In this document: positions 19,159-28,489 of the stretch, piece by piece
Numbering within the stretch: position 1 is the first letter of the stretch
Layout of the letters: every line of letters begins with the position of its first letter
NCBI GenBank assembly: GCA_007693555.1
Contig: REDJ01000242.1
Location: 15 to 64,014 of the forward strand
Reading direction: 5' to 3'
Source: Bacteroidota bacterium
GTDB lineage: Bacteria > Bacteroidota > Bacteroidia > Bacteroidales > UBA7960
DNA: 64,000 nt
Notes under the pieces: model-generated
The model's input: only the letters and a program-made list of their open reading frames with translations
Databases searched by the model: none
What the model was told of the DNA's origin: nothing
Program-made: the position numbers and the translations under genes

Positions 19159-19974
19159 TCAGTTGCTCAAAAAGTTAATAAGCAACAGGGCTGTTGATAC
19201 GGCAGAAAAAACTACTCCAAATGGGAATTGTGCAAATCCCAGACGTTTTACCCTATGAGGTTCTACGTAAATAATATCATTGGGTTGCAAATAATAAAAC
19301 TCCGATACAACTGCTTTTGAATCGGTAACATTTAGCGTTGCGAATGTCGCCCCATCCGCAGTTTGTCTAACAATCCTGACATTTCTGTTGCCAAAATCCG
19401 TCATATCGCCCGCCAAACCAATTGCATCCATTATGCTGAACTGATTATCATAAATGTAATAATTTCCCGGTCTTCTTACTTCGCCAAGAACGGTGATGGA
19501 AAAATTCACCAGCTTAACCACAACAGTAGCCCCTATAACATATCCCTCTACGAGCTCTTCCAGATGTTCTGTGGCACGGGCAATGGTTTTACCTGCCACA
19601 TGAACTTCTCCAAGAACAGGCATTTTAACTTTTCCATCCTCCCCTACGGAGTATCCATGAAGAAAAACACTTATGTTATTTCTGGCACCGCTGCCCGATC
19701 CCAGTTGCCTGCTTTCTTCATTATTGAAAATCATATAAGATTCATCATCAAGGGTCAATACCCTGATATGCAGGATATCTCCGGGCTTTATAAGGTAATC
19801 CGGCCTGGTAAACATAAGTGTATCTGATTCTTCAGCCTGATGTTGCAGATAAACCAGTTTTTTGTGTGGAGTACAAGATGCCAATGCCAGAAGCAGGACA
19901 AATGTCATTAAATAAGAATATCGGAAATGGAAATTTACATTGGTCCGGGATAATCCAGAGCTTTTTACAATCAT
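19159..19974 (-). CDS. wza: Outer-membrane polysaccharide export protein (Wza/OPX family)
   Basis: Poly_export-like motif YLIKPGDILHIRV and SLBB-like VLGEVRRPGNYYI. Lipoprotein-type signal MTFVLLLALASC, so an alternative start at 19908 is possible. It lies 86 nt upstream of wzc on the same strand. Confidence 0.8.
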   Translation of the reverse strand: MIVKSSGLSRTNVNFHFRYSYLMTFVLLLALASCTPHKKLVYLQHQAEESDTLMFTRPDYLIKPGDILHIRVLTLDDESYMIFNNEESRQLGSGSGARNNISVFLHGYSVGEDGKVKMPVLGEVHVAGKTIARATEHLEELVEGYVIGATVVVKLVNFSITVLGEVRRPGNYYIYDNQFSIMDAIGLAGDMTDFGNRNVRIVRQTADGATFATLNVTDSKAVVSEFYYLQPNDIIYVEPHRVKRLGFAQFPFGVVFSAVSTALLLINFLSN

Positions 19975-20036
19975 AGAAAGTTTTGATGTTTAAGGAAGAA
20001 AAGTTTTTATACCTTTTTAAAAATCAATATGTCGCA

Positions 20037-20044
20037 CAAAATTA
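20037..20044 (-). promoter_or_regulatory. Candidate -7 promoter box (TAatTTTG, minus strand) for wza-wzc
   Basis: Plus strand caaaatta is the reverse complement of TAATTTTG. It lies ~65 nt upstream of the wza start. Confidence 0.4.
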
Positions 20045-20206
20045 CAACTTTAAATGAAATGGGGTTGATATTTTTGGAAATCTGCCGGGTTATTATCTAT
20101 AAATTAATCTTTTAACGCAAACAGTTGCCTGTTATTATGGGTCAGTAACTTTAAATGGTATGACTGAGAGCATCATACAATTTATTTCAAATTAGTTTTA
20201 CCAGTT

Positions 20207-21568
20207 TTACATAAAAATCCCATACATCATTCGCCCAATCATAAAATAAATAAATAACCCGATAATATCGTTTGATGTGGTAATAAACGGTCCTGTGGCA
20301 AGTGCCGGGTCAATCTTAAGTTTATCAAGTGCCAATGGCACAAATGTTCCGAAAATAGAAGCAAACAGAATTACTGTCATCAGCGCAACACTCACAGTCA
20401 TGCTCAAAGCAAGCGACGGGGCAAATAAAAAACTGTATAACAAGAGAATAGCCGAACAAACCAATCCGTTTATCATACCCACCGATACTTCCTTCCATAG
20501 CTTAAATAAAATGCGACCCTGGGTAATGGTATTGTTAGCAAGACCCTTAACGATAAGAGCAGAGGACTGCACTCCCACATTGCCTCCCATTGCAGCAATA
20601 AGCGGCATAAAAAAAGCCATTTCAGGATATACGCTGATCTGATCCTCGTAATTGCTGATTACCCTCGACCCGATGATACCACCAAACAAAGCAACAATCA
20701 GCCAAAACAGACGACCCTGGGTTATTTCCCAAATCTTATCCCCTGACTCAATGTTTTGGGTCATCCCCGACATCATCTGATAGTCTTTTTCTGCTTCTTC
20801 TTTGATAAAATCAACAACATCATCAATCGTAATGCGGCCAATTAATCTACCCAGGTCATCTATCACGGGCAAAACAACAAGGTCGTATTTGTTCATGATG
20901 CTTGCAACCTCTTCCCCTTTTTGCTTTGCTTTAATACTTACAACATCAGTAATGTACAATTCTGATATTTTTTCACGGGGAGATGCAAGCAGCAGGCTTT
21001 TCAATGATAACAAACCAAGCAGAACATCATCATCATTTACAATATAAACGTGATATACCTCTTCAACTTCTTCGGCCTGTTTTCGCATTTCACGAATACA
21101 TGTAACCACATGCCAGTTTACATTTACCTTGATAAACTCCTTTGCCATTAATCCTCCGGCGGAATTGGATGGATACACCAAAAGATCGGCAATATTTTGG
21201 GCCTGTTTGCGGTCTTCTATGTGTAAAAGAACCTCTTCCCTTTTTTCATCAGGAAGTTCGGAAATAAGGTCGGCAGCATCATCAGAATCCAGGTTGTCAA
21301 TAAATTCTCTTGCAATTTCCTGGGTGGAAAATGAGGCCAGGAACCGCTCACGCACATCCTCCTCCAGCTCCATCAAAACAGCTGCAGCTTCTTCTTTTTC
21401 AAGGAGTGTGTAAATAAACTTGGCTTCATCAAGAGTCAAATCATCCATGTACTCTGCTATATCAGCCGGATACAGTTCGTTAAGGATTTCCTTCAGAAAA
21501 TCCTTCTGACTCTCCCTTATGGCAGTGCGGATCAACTCCAGATTGATATCTTCTGTTTTTACAGTCAT
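20207..21568 (-). CDS. mgtE: Magnesium transporter MgtE
   Basis: MgtE N-domain, a CBS pair (..VYIVNDDDVLLGLLSLKSLL.. / ..LPVIDDLGRLIGRITIDDVVD) and a C-terminal membrane domain with GGNVGVQSSALIVKGL. It starts 10 nt after pyk, so the two are probably co-transcribed. Confidence 0.9.
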   Translation of the reverse strand: MTVKTEDINLELIRTAIRESQKDFLKEILNELYPADIAEYMDDLTLDEAKFIYTLLEKEEAAAVLMELEEDVRERFLASFSTQEIAREFIDNLDSDDAADLISELPDEKREEVLLHIEDRKQAQNIADLLVYPSNSAGGLMAKEFIKVNVNWHVVTCIREMRKQAEEVEEVYHVYIVNDDDVLLGLLSLKSLLLASPREKISELYITDVVSIKAKQKGEEVASIMNKYDLVVLPVIDDLGRLIGRITIDDVVDFIKEEAEKDYQMMSGMTQNIESGDKIWEITQGRLFWLIVALFGGIIGSRVISNYEDQISVYPEMAFFMPLIAAMGGNVGVQSSALIVKGLANNTITQGRILFKLWKEVSVGMINGLVCSAILLLYSFLFAPSLALSMTVSVALMTVILFASIFGTFVPLALDKLKIDPALATGPFITTSNDIIGLFIYFMIGRMMYGIFM

Positions 21569-21578
21569 ACAAACAACT

Positions 21579-23000
21579 TTAAGTTTTCTCGCTGGTGAGC
21601 ATACTATCTACAGTACTGATTTCAACAAAAGAAGGCCCCGCTTTTTTCCCAAAATTCCCTGCCAAAACGGCAATAAGGTCTTCACAATTTATCTCTTCGG
21701 CTTTAAGAAGCCGGTTCAACGTGTTTTTTACAAATTCTTTTTTTGAAATTTCAACTTCCATGTAATCGGAATAAATCCCAAAATTGAGTGCCAACTCCCG
21801 CATCACCCTTTTATCGTAACATTGAGCATAAATGGGTGATTTCCCACGAAAAGCAGAAAGATACCTGGCTGTTTTACCGGTATCGGTGTCAGTAATAATA
21901 GCTTTGGTATTAAGGTTTTCGATAGATCTGACAGCCATTTTCGAAAGAAATACTGAAATTGGATTATCATGAGGCATTACATTTCTTTCTATCATGTACC
22001 TTGTATTTTTTTCTGCTTCACGGGCTGCCCGTGTCATGGTTTTAACCGACTCAAGGGGGTATTTTCCATTGGCTGTTTCTCCGCTAAGCATGATGGCATC
22101 CGTACCACTGAAAACAGCATTTGCAATATCAGTTATTTCGGCACGTGTAGGCCTTGGATTTTCAATCATGCTGTGCAGCATTTGTGTAGCAACAATAACA
22201 GCTTTCTTTTGCTGGATACATTTTGCCACCAATTCTGCCTGTATAACAGGGATTTTTTCGGCCGGAACTTCTATGGCCAAATCTCCCCGGGCTATCATGA
22301 TGCCATATACCTGCTCAAGTATTTCATCAATATTATCCAGTCCTTGTTGATTTTCTATTTTGGCAATTATTTTAATACGGCTGTTGTGTTTGTCAAGTAT
22401 TTCCTGAATAGCCAGTACGTCTTCCTTATTTCTTACAAAAGAGTGAGCTATATAATCAACATTATTTTGGATGGAGAAATCAATGTATTCACGGTCTTTT
22501 TCTGACAATGAAGGCAGGTCAACTTTGGTGTCAGGAAGGTTTATGCTTTTGCGGGGTTTAATCTCTCCCGGGTTATTGACTTCGCATAAAAGATATTCTT
22601 TGTGTTTTTCCTTTACAATCAATTCAATATCACCATCATCAATCATAATTTGTTTTCCCACCTCAAGCAATGATACAAATCCATTATAGTTGGCATATAA
22701 AAAATCCTTATCAGATTTTCGCGTAGCATCTCCGGCTACCTTTACCAAATCACCCTTTTTTACCCTTAAGATGTAGTCTGAATCAACGGTTCGTATTTCA
22801 GGTCCCTTCGTATCAATCATTACCGGCATCCTATCCGTAACCTTTTTTATATTCTGTATGATCTTTAGCGAGCCTTCAGGTGATTGGTGTGCTGTGTTGA
22901 TACGCACAACATCCATTCCTGCCTCATACATTTGCTGAAGAAAATCAACATCACAGTTTCTGTCGGATATGGTGGCAACGATTTTTGTAAGTTTTTCCAT
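21579..23000 (-). CDS. pyk: Pyruvate kinase
   Basis: TKIVATISDRN, MDVVRINTAH, IIAKIENQQG, IMIARGDLAIEVP, ATQMLHSMI. Confidence 0.92.
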   Translation of the reverse strand: MEKLTKIVATISDRNCDVDFLQQMYEAGMDVVRINTAHQSPEGSLKIIQNIKKVTDRMPVMIDTKGPEIRTVDSDYILRVKKGDLVKVAGDATRKSDKDFLYANYNGFVSLLEVGKQIMIDDGDIELIVKEKHKEYLLCEVNNPGEIKPRKSINLPDTKVDLPSLSEKDREYIDFSIQNNVDYIAHSFVRNKEDVLAIQEILDKHNSRIKIIAKIENQQGLDNIDEILEQVYGIMIARGDLAIEVPAEKIPVIQAELVAKCIQQKKAVIVATQMLHSMIENPRPTRAEITDIANAVFSGTDAIMLSGETANGKYPLESVKTMTRAAREAEKNTRYMIERNVMPHDNPISVFLSKMAVRSIENLNTKAIITDTDTGKTARYLSAFRGKSPIYAQCYDKRVMRELALNFGIYSDYMEVEISKKEFVKNTLNRLLKAEEINCEDLIAVLAGNFGKKAGPSFVEISTVDSMLTSEKT

Positions 23001-23081
23001 GGATTTTCATTTTTCAACACATTAAACAACGGGCAGGAACCAAAAGCAAAAGATTAAGAAATTCTATCTGTCAACAGTTTG

Positions 23082-23089
23082 CAAAAATA
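23082..23089 (-). promoter_or_regulatory. Candidate -7 promoter box (TAttTTTG, minus strand) for pyk-mgtE
   Basis: Plus strand caaaaata, ~82 nt upstream of the pyk start. Confidence 0.4.
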
Positions 23090-23203
23090 CAAAAAATACT
23101 TCCAAGTAATGTTCCGGATAAAAGTACATGACTCAATTAAATCTTATTTGAAACCTTTATTTCAATTCTTGATTGATTAAGCTGTAGTTGCATATTTTTC
23201 TGT

Positions 23204-23211
23204 TATTTTTG
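23204..23211 (+). promoter_or_regulatory. Candidate -7 promoter box (TAttTTTG) for the S51-like peptidase gene
   Basis: tatttttg, 45 nt upstream of the ATG at 23256. A TTG lies ~17 nt further upstream. Confidence 0.45.
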
Positions 23212-23241
23212 CAAGGCTTATTTAAATTTGATTTTTAAACC

Positions 23242-23254
23242 AAAAAAAAAAAAA
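23242..23254 (+). repeat. A13 homopolymer directly before the start codon
   Basis: c-aaaaaaaaaaaaa-t-ATG. The run of 13 A ends 1 nt before the ATG at 23256. Confidence 0.95.
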
Positions 23255-23255
23255 T

Positions 23256-24539
23256 ATGTTAACCCGGTATTTTTTATCGCTATCTTTTATTTTCATTGTA
23301 TTTTTTTCGCACGCTCAGACTTTTTACCGTGTAGGCTCTGAAGAAAATGTGGAAACTGAGCCTCTTTTCGGTATATTGCTCGCAGGGGGAGCCACCGATA
23401 ACAATCAGGGTATGGCATGGCTTGCCGAAAGAGCAAACGGTGGCGACGTGGTAGTATTAAGAGCCAGTGGCAGTGATGGCTACAACAATTATATCTATTC
23501 GCAATTGGGTGTTGAAGTAAATTCGGTTACTTCAATTGTTATTACCAGTTCAGAGCAGGCCAATTCAGAAGAAGTATGTGACGCTGTTGAAAATGCCGAG
23601 CTTATCTTCATTGCGGGGGGCAATCAATGGAATTATTACAGCCACTGGAAAGGAACCTGTCTGCAGGTGGCAATCAACAATCATGTAAATGAAAAAGCAG
23701 CACCCATTGGCGGCACCAGCGCCGGGCTGGCTGTTTTGGGAGAAGTTGTTTTTACCGCTGAAAACAACTCAGTATGGAGTGAAGAAGCACTTAATAACCC
23801 CTATCATTTCAGGGTAAAACTTTCAAATGAATTTCTTGACATCCCGTTTATGGAAAATGTTGTAACCGATTCACACTATAACGCAATTTATGGTGACAAC
23901 AACAATCGCCATGGACGACATATGGTCTTCATGGCAAGGATGATTACCGACTGGGGTATGGAAGCCAAAGGTATCGGTGTCAACGAATATACCGCTGTAG
24001 CTGTTGATGAAAACGGAACAGCAAGAGTATTTGGTAACCCCAACTATCCGGATTATGCTTATTTTCTCAAATCCAATGCTGCTCCCGAAGTTTGCGAGGA
24101 AGACGAACCTATTACCTGGTTTAATAACCAGATGGCTGTATCAGTTTATGAAGTAAAAGGGGATTTTCAGGGGTCCAATACTTTTGATATGGCAACCTGG
24201 GAAGACGGTACAGGCGGCGAATGGTGGGCCTGGTATATTTTGGAAGGTGAGCTGATACAAATTCCCGAAAGCCAGGTTTATGTTTCTGAATTAGGGGATT
24301 TTCAAGGCTTCAGTATATTTCCTAACCCCGCTGATAAATACATAACACTGGAAAACTTTTCCAATGAACCTGTTATTTCCTATTCCATCATCAATCTTGC
24401 CGGTGCTACCATAAAAAAAGGAATTCCCTCGTCGGACAGATTGACACAAATTGATCTTTCAGGGATTAGGCAGGGTATATATATGCTCAAAGTTTCATTC
24501 CCAAACAGAGAAGAGGTGAGAAAAATCATAAAGAAATAA
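23256..24539 (+). CDS. Secreted peptidase S51 (cyanophycinase/dipeptidase E-like) with a T9SS C-terminal sorting domain
   Basis: Signal peptide LSLSFIFIVFFSHAQ. S51-like LLAGGATDN..VVVLRASG..IFIAGGNQWNY..GGTSAGLAVLG. C-terminus FSIFPNPADKYITLENFS..GIYMLKVSF. Confidence 0.65.
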   Translation: MLTRYFLSLSFIFIVFFSHAQTFYRVGSEENVETEPLFGILLAGGATDNNQGMAWLAERANGGDVVVLRASGSDGYNNYIYSQLGVEVNSVTSIVITSSEQANSEEVCDAVENAELIFIAGGNQWNYYSHWKGTCLQVAINNHVNEKAAPIGGTSAGLAVLGEVVFTAENNSVWSEEALNNPYHFRVKLSNEFLDIPFMENVVTDSHYNAIYGDNNNRHGRHMVFMARMITDWGMEAKGIGVNEYTAVAVDENGTARVFGNPNYPDYAYFLKSNAAPEVCEEDEPITWFNNQMAVSVYEVKGDFQGSNTFDMATWEDGTGGEWWAWYILEGELIQIPESQVYVSELGDFQGFSIFPNPADKYITLENFSNEPVISYSIINLAGATIKKGIPSSDRLTQIDLSGIRQGIYMLKVSFPNREEVRKIIKK

Positions 24540-24561
24540 GTACAACCTTTCGCATTAATTT

Positions 24562-26544
24562 TTATTTTTTCAGCAATTTGAAGCTGGATTGCTGACCCCT
24601 TTGTGATATTATTTTTAATACATATATCCCTGAATTAAGGTGTTGTAAGTTAATTTCCAGGCTTTCTGTTTTCAGATTCCCTTGTAAAATTTTTCGCCCC
24701 TGCAAATCTGAAATAAAAAATGTGCCCCCATCCCACTGATGAGGGTAATTAACAAACAGATAATCTGAAACCGGATTAGGTCCTATGATTATTCTGTCAC
24801 CCGGCAAAATGTCTGTAATGCTTGTAGAATCTTTTAAAACATACTGCTTCAACATATATGAGCGGGGGTCGAAAATTATTTCATCAACCGGTGTATTCAT
24901 AGGAATTTCAAAAACCTGAAGAACCTCATTCTGAAACACTCTGAAAATATGCTCCTCATTTCCTGAAATAACTTTGAATTCCAGGGTCCCCTTAAAAAAG
25001 GCAGGAAAATCAGCTGATGTAGTTTGCGACGACCGGATAACCAAATTTTCTTCATCCTGCCACCATAAAAGTTCGTATATGGGGTAACCTTCCCCATAAT
25101 ACCATTGATCAAAAAACCACTCCCAGTTTTCACCGGTATTCAGGTCAATGGTCATTCTGAAATCATCCCCTGATGCAACACTATGAGCAAAGGTTTGCTG
25201 AAAATCTTCCATGATATGGAAAAACAGCTCATCATTATCCAGTTCAAATCTTAGCAGATGAAGCATTGCAGCACCTTTTCGGTATGATAACCTCCCATTA
25301 AAAATTCTCCAGATGTCTGACAATTCATAAGGAGGAACATAAATGCTGCCTCCGGGTTGGGATTTTATGTTATCATGCGCGTTGGCCATCCATTCATCTG
25401 CGGCAAGCCGGCTGATAATAAATTCCCTGGCCAGATATTCGCCATAGGATGCGAAACCCTCATTAATCCAAATATCACTCCATGTAGCTAATGTAACATG
25501 ATTGCCAAACCAATGATGAGCCAACTCGTGGGCTATAATATTGAAATTAAAACCACCCATTGTAGAAAGGGTTTGATGTTCCATTGCCCCTCCCATGGGT
25601 GCCTGGGCATGGCCATATTTTTCTGAGCTGAATGGATAATCTCCCCATATCTGTGAAAAAAGTTGCATAAAATCCTTTGTCTGTTCAAGGTTTTCGCGAT
25701 GCTGTTCCAAAACCTGGGGATAATTGTATAAAAAATTCTGAATAAAAACACTGTCCTGATCAGATGCCAATGGAGCATAAAAATTATATTCCTGATAATT
25801 GGATATTGCCATAGAAATCAGGTAATATGCAATAGGATAAAAGCTTTTCCAGTAATGCCTGAGCCGGCCATCAGGCAATTCGGTAATTTGGGTAAGTAAA
25901 CCATTGGATGCTGCAATATAACCCGGGGGAGTTGTAATTGTAACATGCACACTATCAGCCTTATCCTCCAATACCTGCTTGCATGGAAACCACTGCCGGG
26001 CATTATGTGGCTCAGATAACGTCCATAAAACCGGGTCTCCAAAGCTGTTAACAGCACTGCTTATGCCTGAGAAAAATCCCTGGGGCTGGGGCTCTCCGGA
26101 ATAAAACACTTCTACATCAATCATACTACCTGAAGAAAAGCTTTCATCCAGGTTAATAATTAAATTTTGATTTTCATGTGTGAAAGTTATAGTTTCACCG
26201 TTAACAACAACCTGATTCACAGTAAGTTCATCGGTTAATTCGAGTACCATTTCATCCATTTGTGAAACAACAACTTCAGCCAAAATCCTTGCAGAGCCGT
26301 TAATGAAAGTTGTTGCCGGATTTACATCCAAATCCAATCCGTAAAACTTCACATCATAATTATGTAACCTGGGATCCTGGTTATAGATACCTATTGATCG
26401 CAATGATGTTTTGGCATGTGCACATGGATGTATGCAATCATGTCCGTGATCCGGCATAATTATCTGGGCCTGAAGTTTTATCTGTGCAGAAACAAGAAGC
26501 AATAAAACCAAATATTTGGCCATATTTCTGCAAATTAAATTCAT
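24562..26544 (-). CDS. M1-family zinc aminopeptidase with a T9SS C-terminal sorting domain
   Basis: GGAMEHQT (GAMEN-like) and HELAHHWFGN-x18-NEGFASY (HExxH+E). C-terminus IIGPNPVSDYLFVNY..GIYVLKIIS. An alternative start at MAKYLVLLLL (26523) is possible. Confidence 0.85.
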   Translation of the reverse strand: MNLICRNMAKYLVLLLLVSAQIKLQAQIIMPDHGHDCIHPCAHAKTSLRSIGIYNQDPRLHNYDVKFYGLDLDVNPATTFINGSARILAEVVVSQMDEMVLELTDELTVNQVVVNGETITFTHENQNLIINLDESFSSGSMIDVEVFYSGEPQPQGFFSGISSAVNSFGDPVLWTLSEPHNARQWFPCKQVLEDKADSVHVTITTPPGYIAASNGLLTQITELPDGRLRHYWKSFYPIAYYLISMAISNYQEYNFYAPLASDQDSVFIQNFLYNYPQVLEQHRENLEQTKDFMQLFSQIWGDYPFSSEKYGHAQAPMGGAMEHQTLSTMGGFNFNIIAHELAHHWFGNHVTLATWSDIWINEGFASYGEYLAREFIISRLAADEWMANAHDNIKSQPGGSIYVPPYELSDIWRIFNGRLSYRKGAAMLHLLRFELDNDELFFHIMEDFQQTFAHSVASGDDFRMTIDLNTGENWEWFFDQWYYGEGYPIYELLWWQDEENLVIRSSQTTSADFPAFFKGTLEFKVISGNEEHIFRVFQNEVLQVFEIPMNTPVDEIIFDPRSYMLKQYVLKDSTSITDILPGDRIIIGPNPVSDYLFVNYPHQWDGGTFFISDLQGRKILQGNLKTESLEINLQHLNSGIYVLKIISQRGQQSSFKLLKK

Positions 26545-26684
26545 TTTATTTCGTTTTTGCTTATTTCAGATTTATCCCATAAAGATAAACAATGTAACGT
26601 AAACAATACAGATGGCAAAAGACCGGAAATTACCGTCATCTCATTTCAAAATTATTTCGCACCTTTGCATATTCAGGCAAAGGC

Positions 26685-28193
26685 ATGGCAAATTCTATAC
26701 GAAGGCTGGCAGGTCAGACTGCAATTTATGGAGTAAGCACCATAACAATGAGGTTGCTGAATTATCTGTTGGTTCCGGTTTATACCAATTATTTCAGCCC
26801 TGAAGAATTCGGTGTGGTTTCAGAAATGTACTCCTATGTGGCCATTCTGATTGTATTGCTTACTCATGGCATGGAAACTGCCTTTTTCCGTTTTTCTCAG
26901 CAGGAAGACCAAAAAAAGGAATCCATTTTTTCTACTTCTTTTTCTTCGGTATTTACTCTTGCTTTTATATTTCTGGCAGTAGTAGTTTTATTCAGGCAGG
27001 AATTTGCTAACCTGCTCAGATACCCTGAAAATACAGAGTATATTGTATGGTTTGCTATTATAATTGCCCTGGATGCATTGATGGCAATCCCCTTTGCAAG
27101 ACTGCGCGCCGAAAACCGTCCCATACGATTTGCATCAATAAAGCTTACAGGAATTGGAGTTAATATTTTCGTTGTATTGTTCTTTATTGTGGCTTGTCCC
27201 TGGTTGCTGGATAATGGCAGTGCAGCTACAGTAGCTTTTATCAACAGCATATATAACCCTGAAATTGGTGTGGGTTATGTTTTTATATCAAACCTTATAG
27301 CCAGTGCGGTAATGGCAACCTTGCTGCTGCCGGTAATATTTCGCCAGAAACTGGAATTCTCTTATCCCATTTGGAGAAAAATGCTCTTTTATGCATTCCC
27401 TCTTCTTATTGCAGGTTTTGCAGGAATCATCAACGAAGCACTTGATAAAATTTTATTGAAATATCTGTTGCCCGAAGATATTGCAATGTCGCAACTGGGA
27501 ATTTATGGAGCCTGCTACAAGGTATCCGTAATGATGATATTATTTATTCAGGCTTATCGTTTTGCTGCAGAGCCCTTCTTTTTTTCAGAATACAAAAATG
27601 AAAATGCCCAGATTCTTTATGCCCGGGTTATGAAAGTATTTGTAGTTACATGTCTTTTTATTTTCCTGGGGATAATGCTTTACATGGATATTGTACAATA
27701 CTTTATTGGAAAAGATTTTCGTGAAGGGCTGGATATTGTTCCCATATTGCTGATAGCTCATATTTTCCTGGGTATTTATCTGAATCTTTCCATCTGGTAC
27801 AAACTCACGGGTCAAACCCATTTCGGAGCAACAATTGCAGCTGTGGGAGCAATCATAACCATTGGGTTCAATGTATGGCTCATTCCTGTTATTGGTTATC
27901 ATGCATCAGCCTGGGCTCATCTGGTTTGCAATATGTCAATAACCCTCATATCATGGAAACTGGGACAAAAATATTATCCGGTGCCCTATGATATTGGAAA
28001 AATCTCATTGTTTATGGTTTCAGCACTTGCCGTTTATTTCCTGCATGGGCTCATACCTGAAATATCGCGCATAGTAAACTGGATAATCAGTGCAGTTTTT
28101 CTAATGATTTTTGCCACTGCAGTTCTTGCAACTGATGCTGAAGCCCGCGAAACACTGAAACCTTTGTTAAAAAAACTGAAATTACCCCTCTGA
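26685..28193 (+). CDS. Polysaccharide/oligosaccharide flippase (MOP superfamily, Wzx-like)
   Basis: About 14 predicted TM segments. The N-terminus RRLAGQTAIYGVSTITMRLLNYLLVPVYTNYFSPEEFG is typical of polysaccharide biosynthesis protein families. Confidence 0.7.
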   Translation: MANSIRRLAGQTAIYGVSTITMRLLNYLLVPVYTNYFSPEEFGVVSEMYSYVAILIVLLTHGMETAFFRFSQQEDQKKESIFSTSFSSVFTLAFIFLAVVVLFRQEFANLLRYPENTEYIVWFAIIIALDALMAIPFARLRAENRPIRFASIKLTGIGVNIFVVLFFIVACPWLLDNGSAATVAFINSIYNPEIGVGYVFISNLIASAVMATLLLPVIFRQKLEFSYPIWRKMLFYAFPLLIAGFAGIINEALDKILLKYLLPEDIAMSQLGIYGACYKVSVMMILFIQAYRFAAEPFFFSEYKNENAQILYARVMKVFVVTCLFIFLGIMLYMDIVQYFIGKDFREGLDIVPILLIAHIFLGIYLNLSIWYKLTGQTHFGATIAAVGAIITIGFNVWLIPVIGYHASAWAHLVCNMSITLISWKLGQKYYPVPYDIGKISLFMVSALAVYFLHGLIPEISRIVNWIISAVFLMIFATAVLATDAEARETLKPLLKKLKLPL

Positions 28194-28310
28194 ATTAAAA
28201 GAACCGATTCTCTTGTCTGATTTTCTCTAACCCTTTTCTGTATTGACTTTCATTATATTTACAAACTGTCATATACATGGAAGTAGTTTTAATTTATGCC
28301 CTGATTTTTG

Positions 28311-28318
28311 TATCTTTG
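28311..28318 (+). promoter_or_regulatory. Candidate -7 promoter box (TAtcTTTG) upstream of the KamA-like gene
   Basis: tatctttg, 172 nt upstream of the ATG at 28490. This implies a ~165 nt leader. Confidence 0.35.
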
Positions 28319-28489
28319 TATTTATTATTGCAATAGACCGCAAATTTTTGGCTGCCTGCGATAACATCCTATAATTTACAATCCCTGACTTTGCCTTGGG
28401 ATTAACGTCAGCCAATACAATAAAAGGAAAATACAATAAAACCTTTTTTTTCAATATAAGGTTAATATCTAAAAATATTACAAACCACT

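Noticed and set aside
21969-22505. 178 aa and 118 aa plus-strand ORFs inside pyk
   Set aside because: They are antisense to an unmistakable pyruvate kinase and have no motifs.
19975-23255. Riboswitch expectations: an M-box before mgtE. The same check covered a T-box before trpS (39573-39648) and an FMN element before ribF (43268-43507).
   Set aside because: mgtE starts 10 nt after pyk, so there is no leader. The trpS and ribF upstream regions are short and AT-rich, and I could see none of the conserved helices. These elements are also not typical of Bacteroidota.
28269-28454. 61 aa minus-strand ORF (MKKKVLLYFPFIVLA...) in the flippase-KamA spacer
   Set aside because: Its promoter would have to lie inside or at the start of the KamA-like gene. 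It is lysine-rich with no motif, and the region fits better as the 5' leader of the plus-strand gene. I kept it as an alternative explanation in the leader finding.
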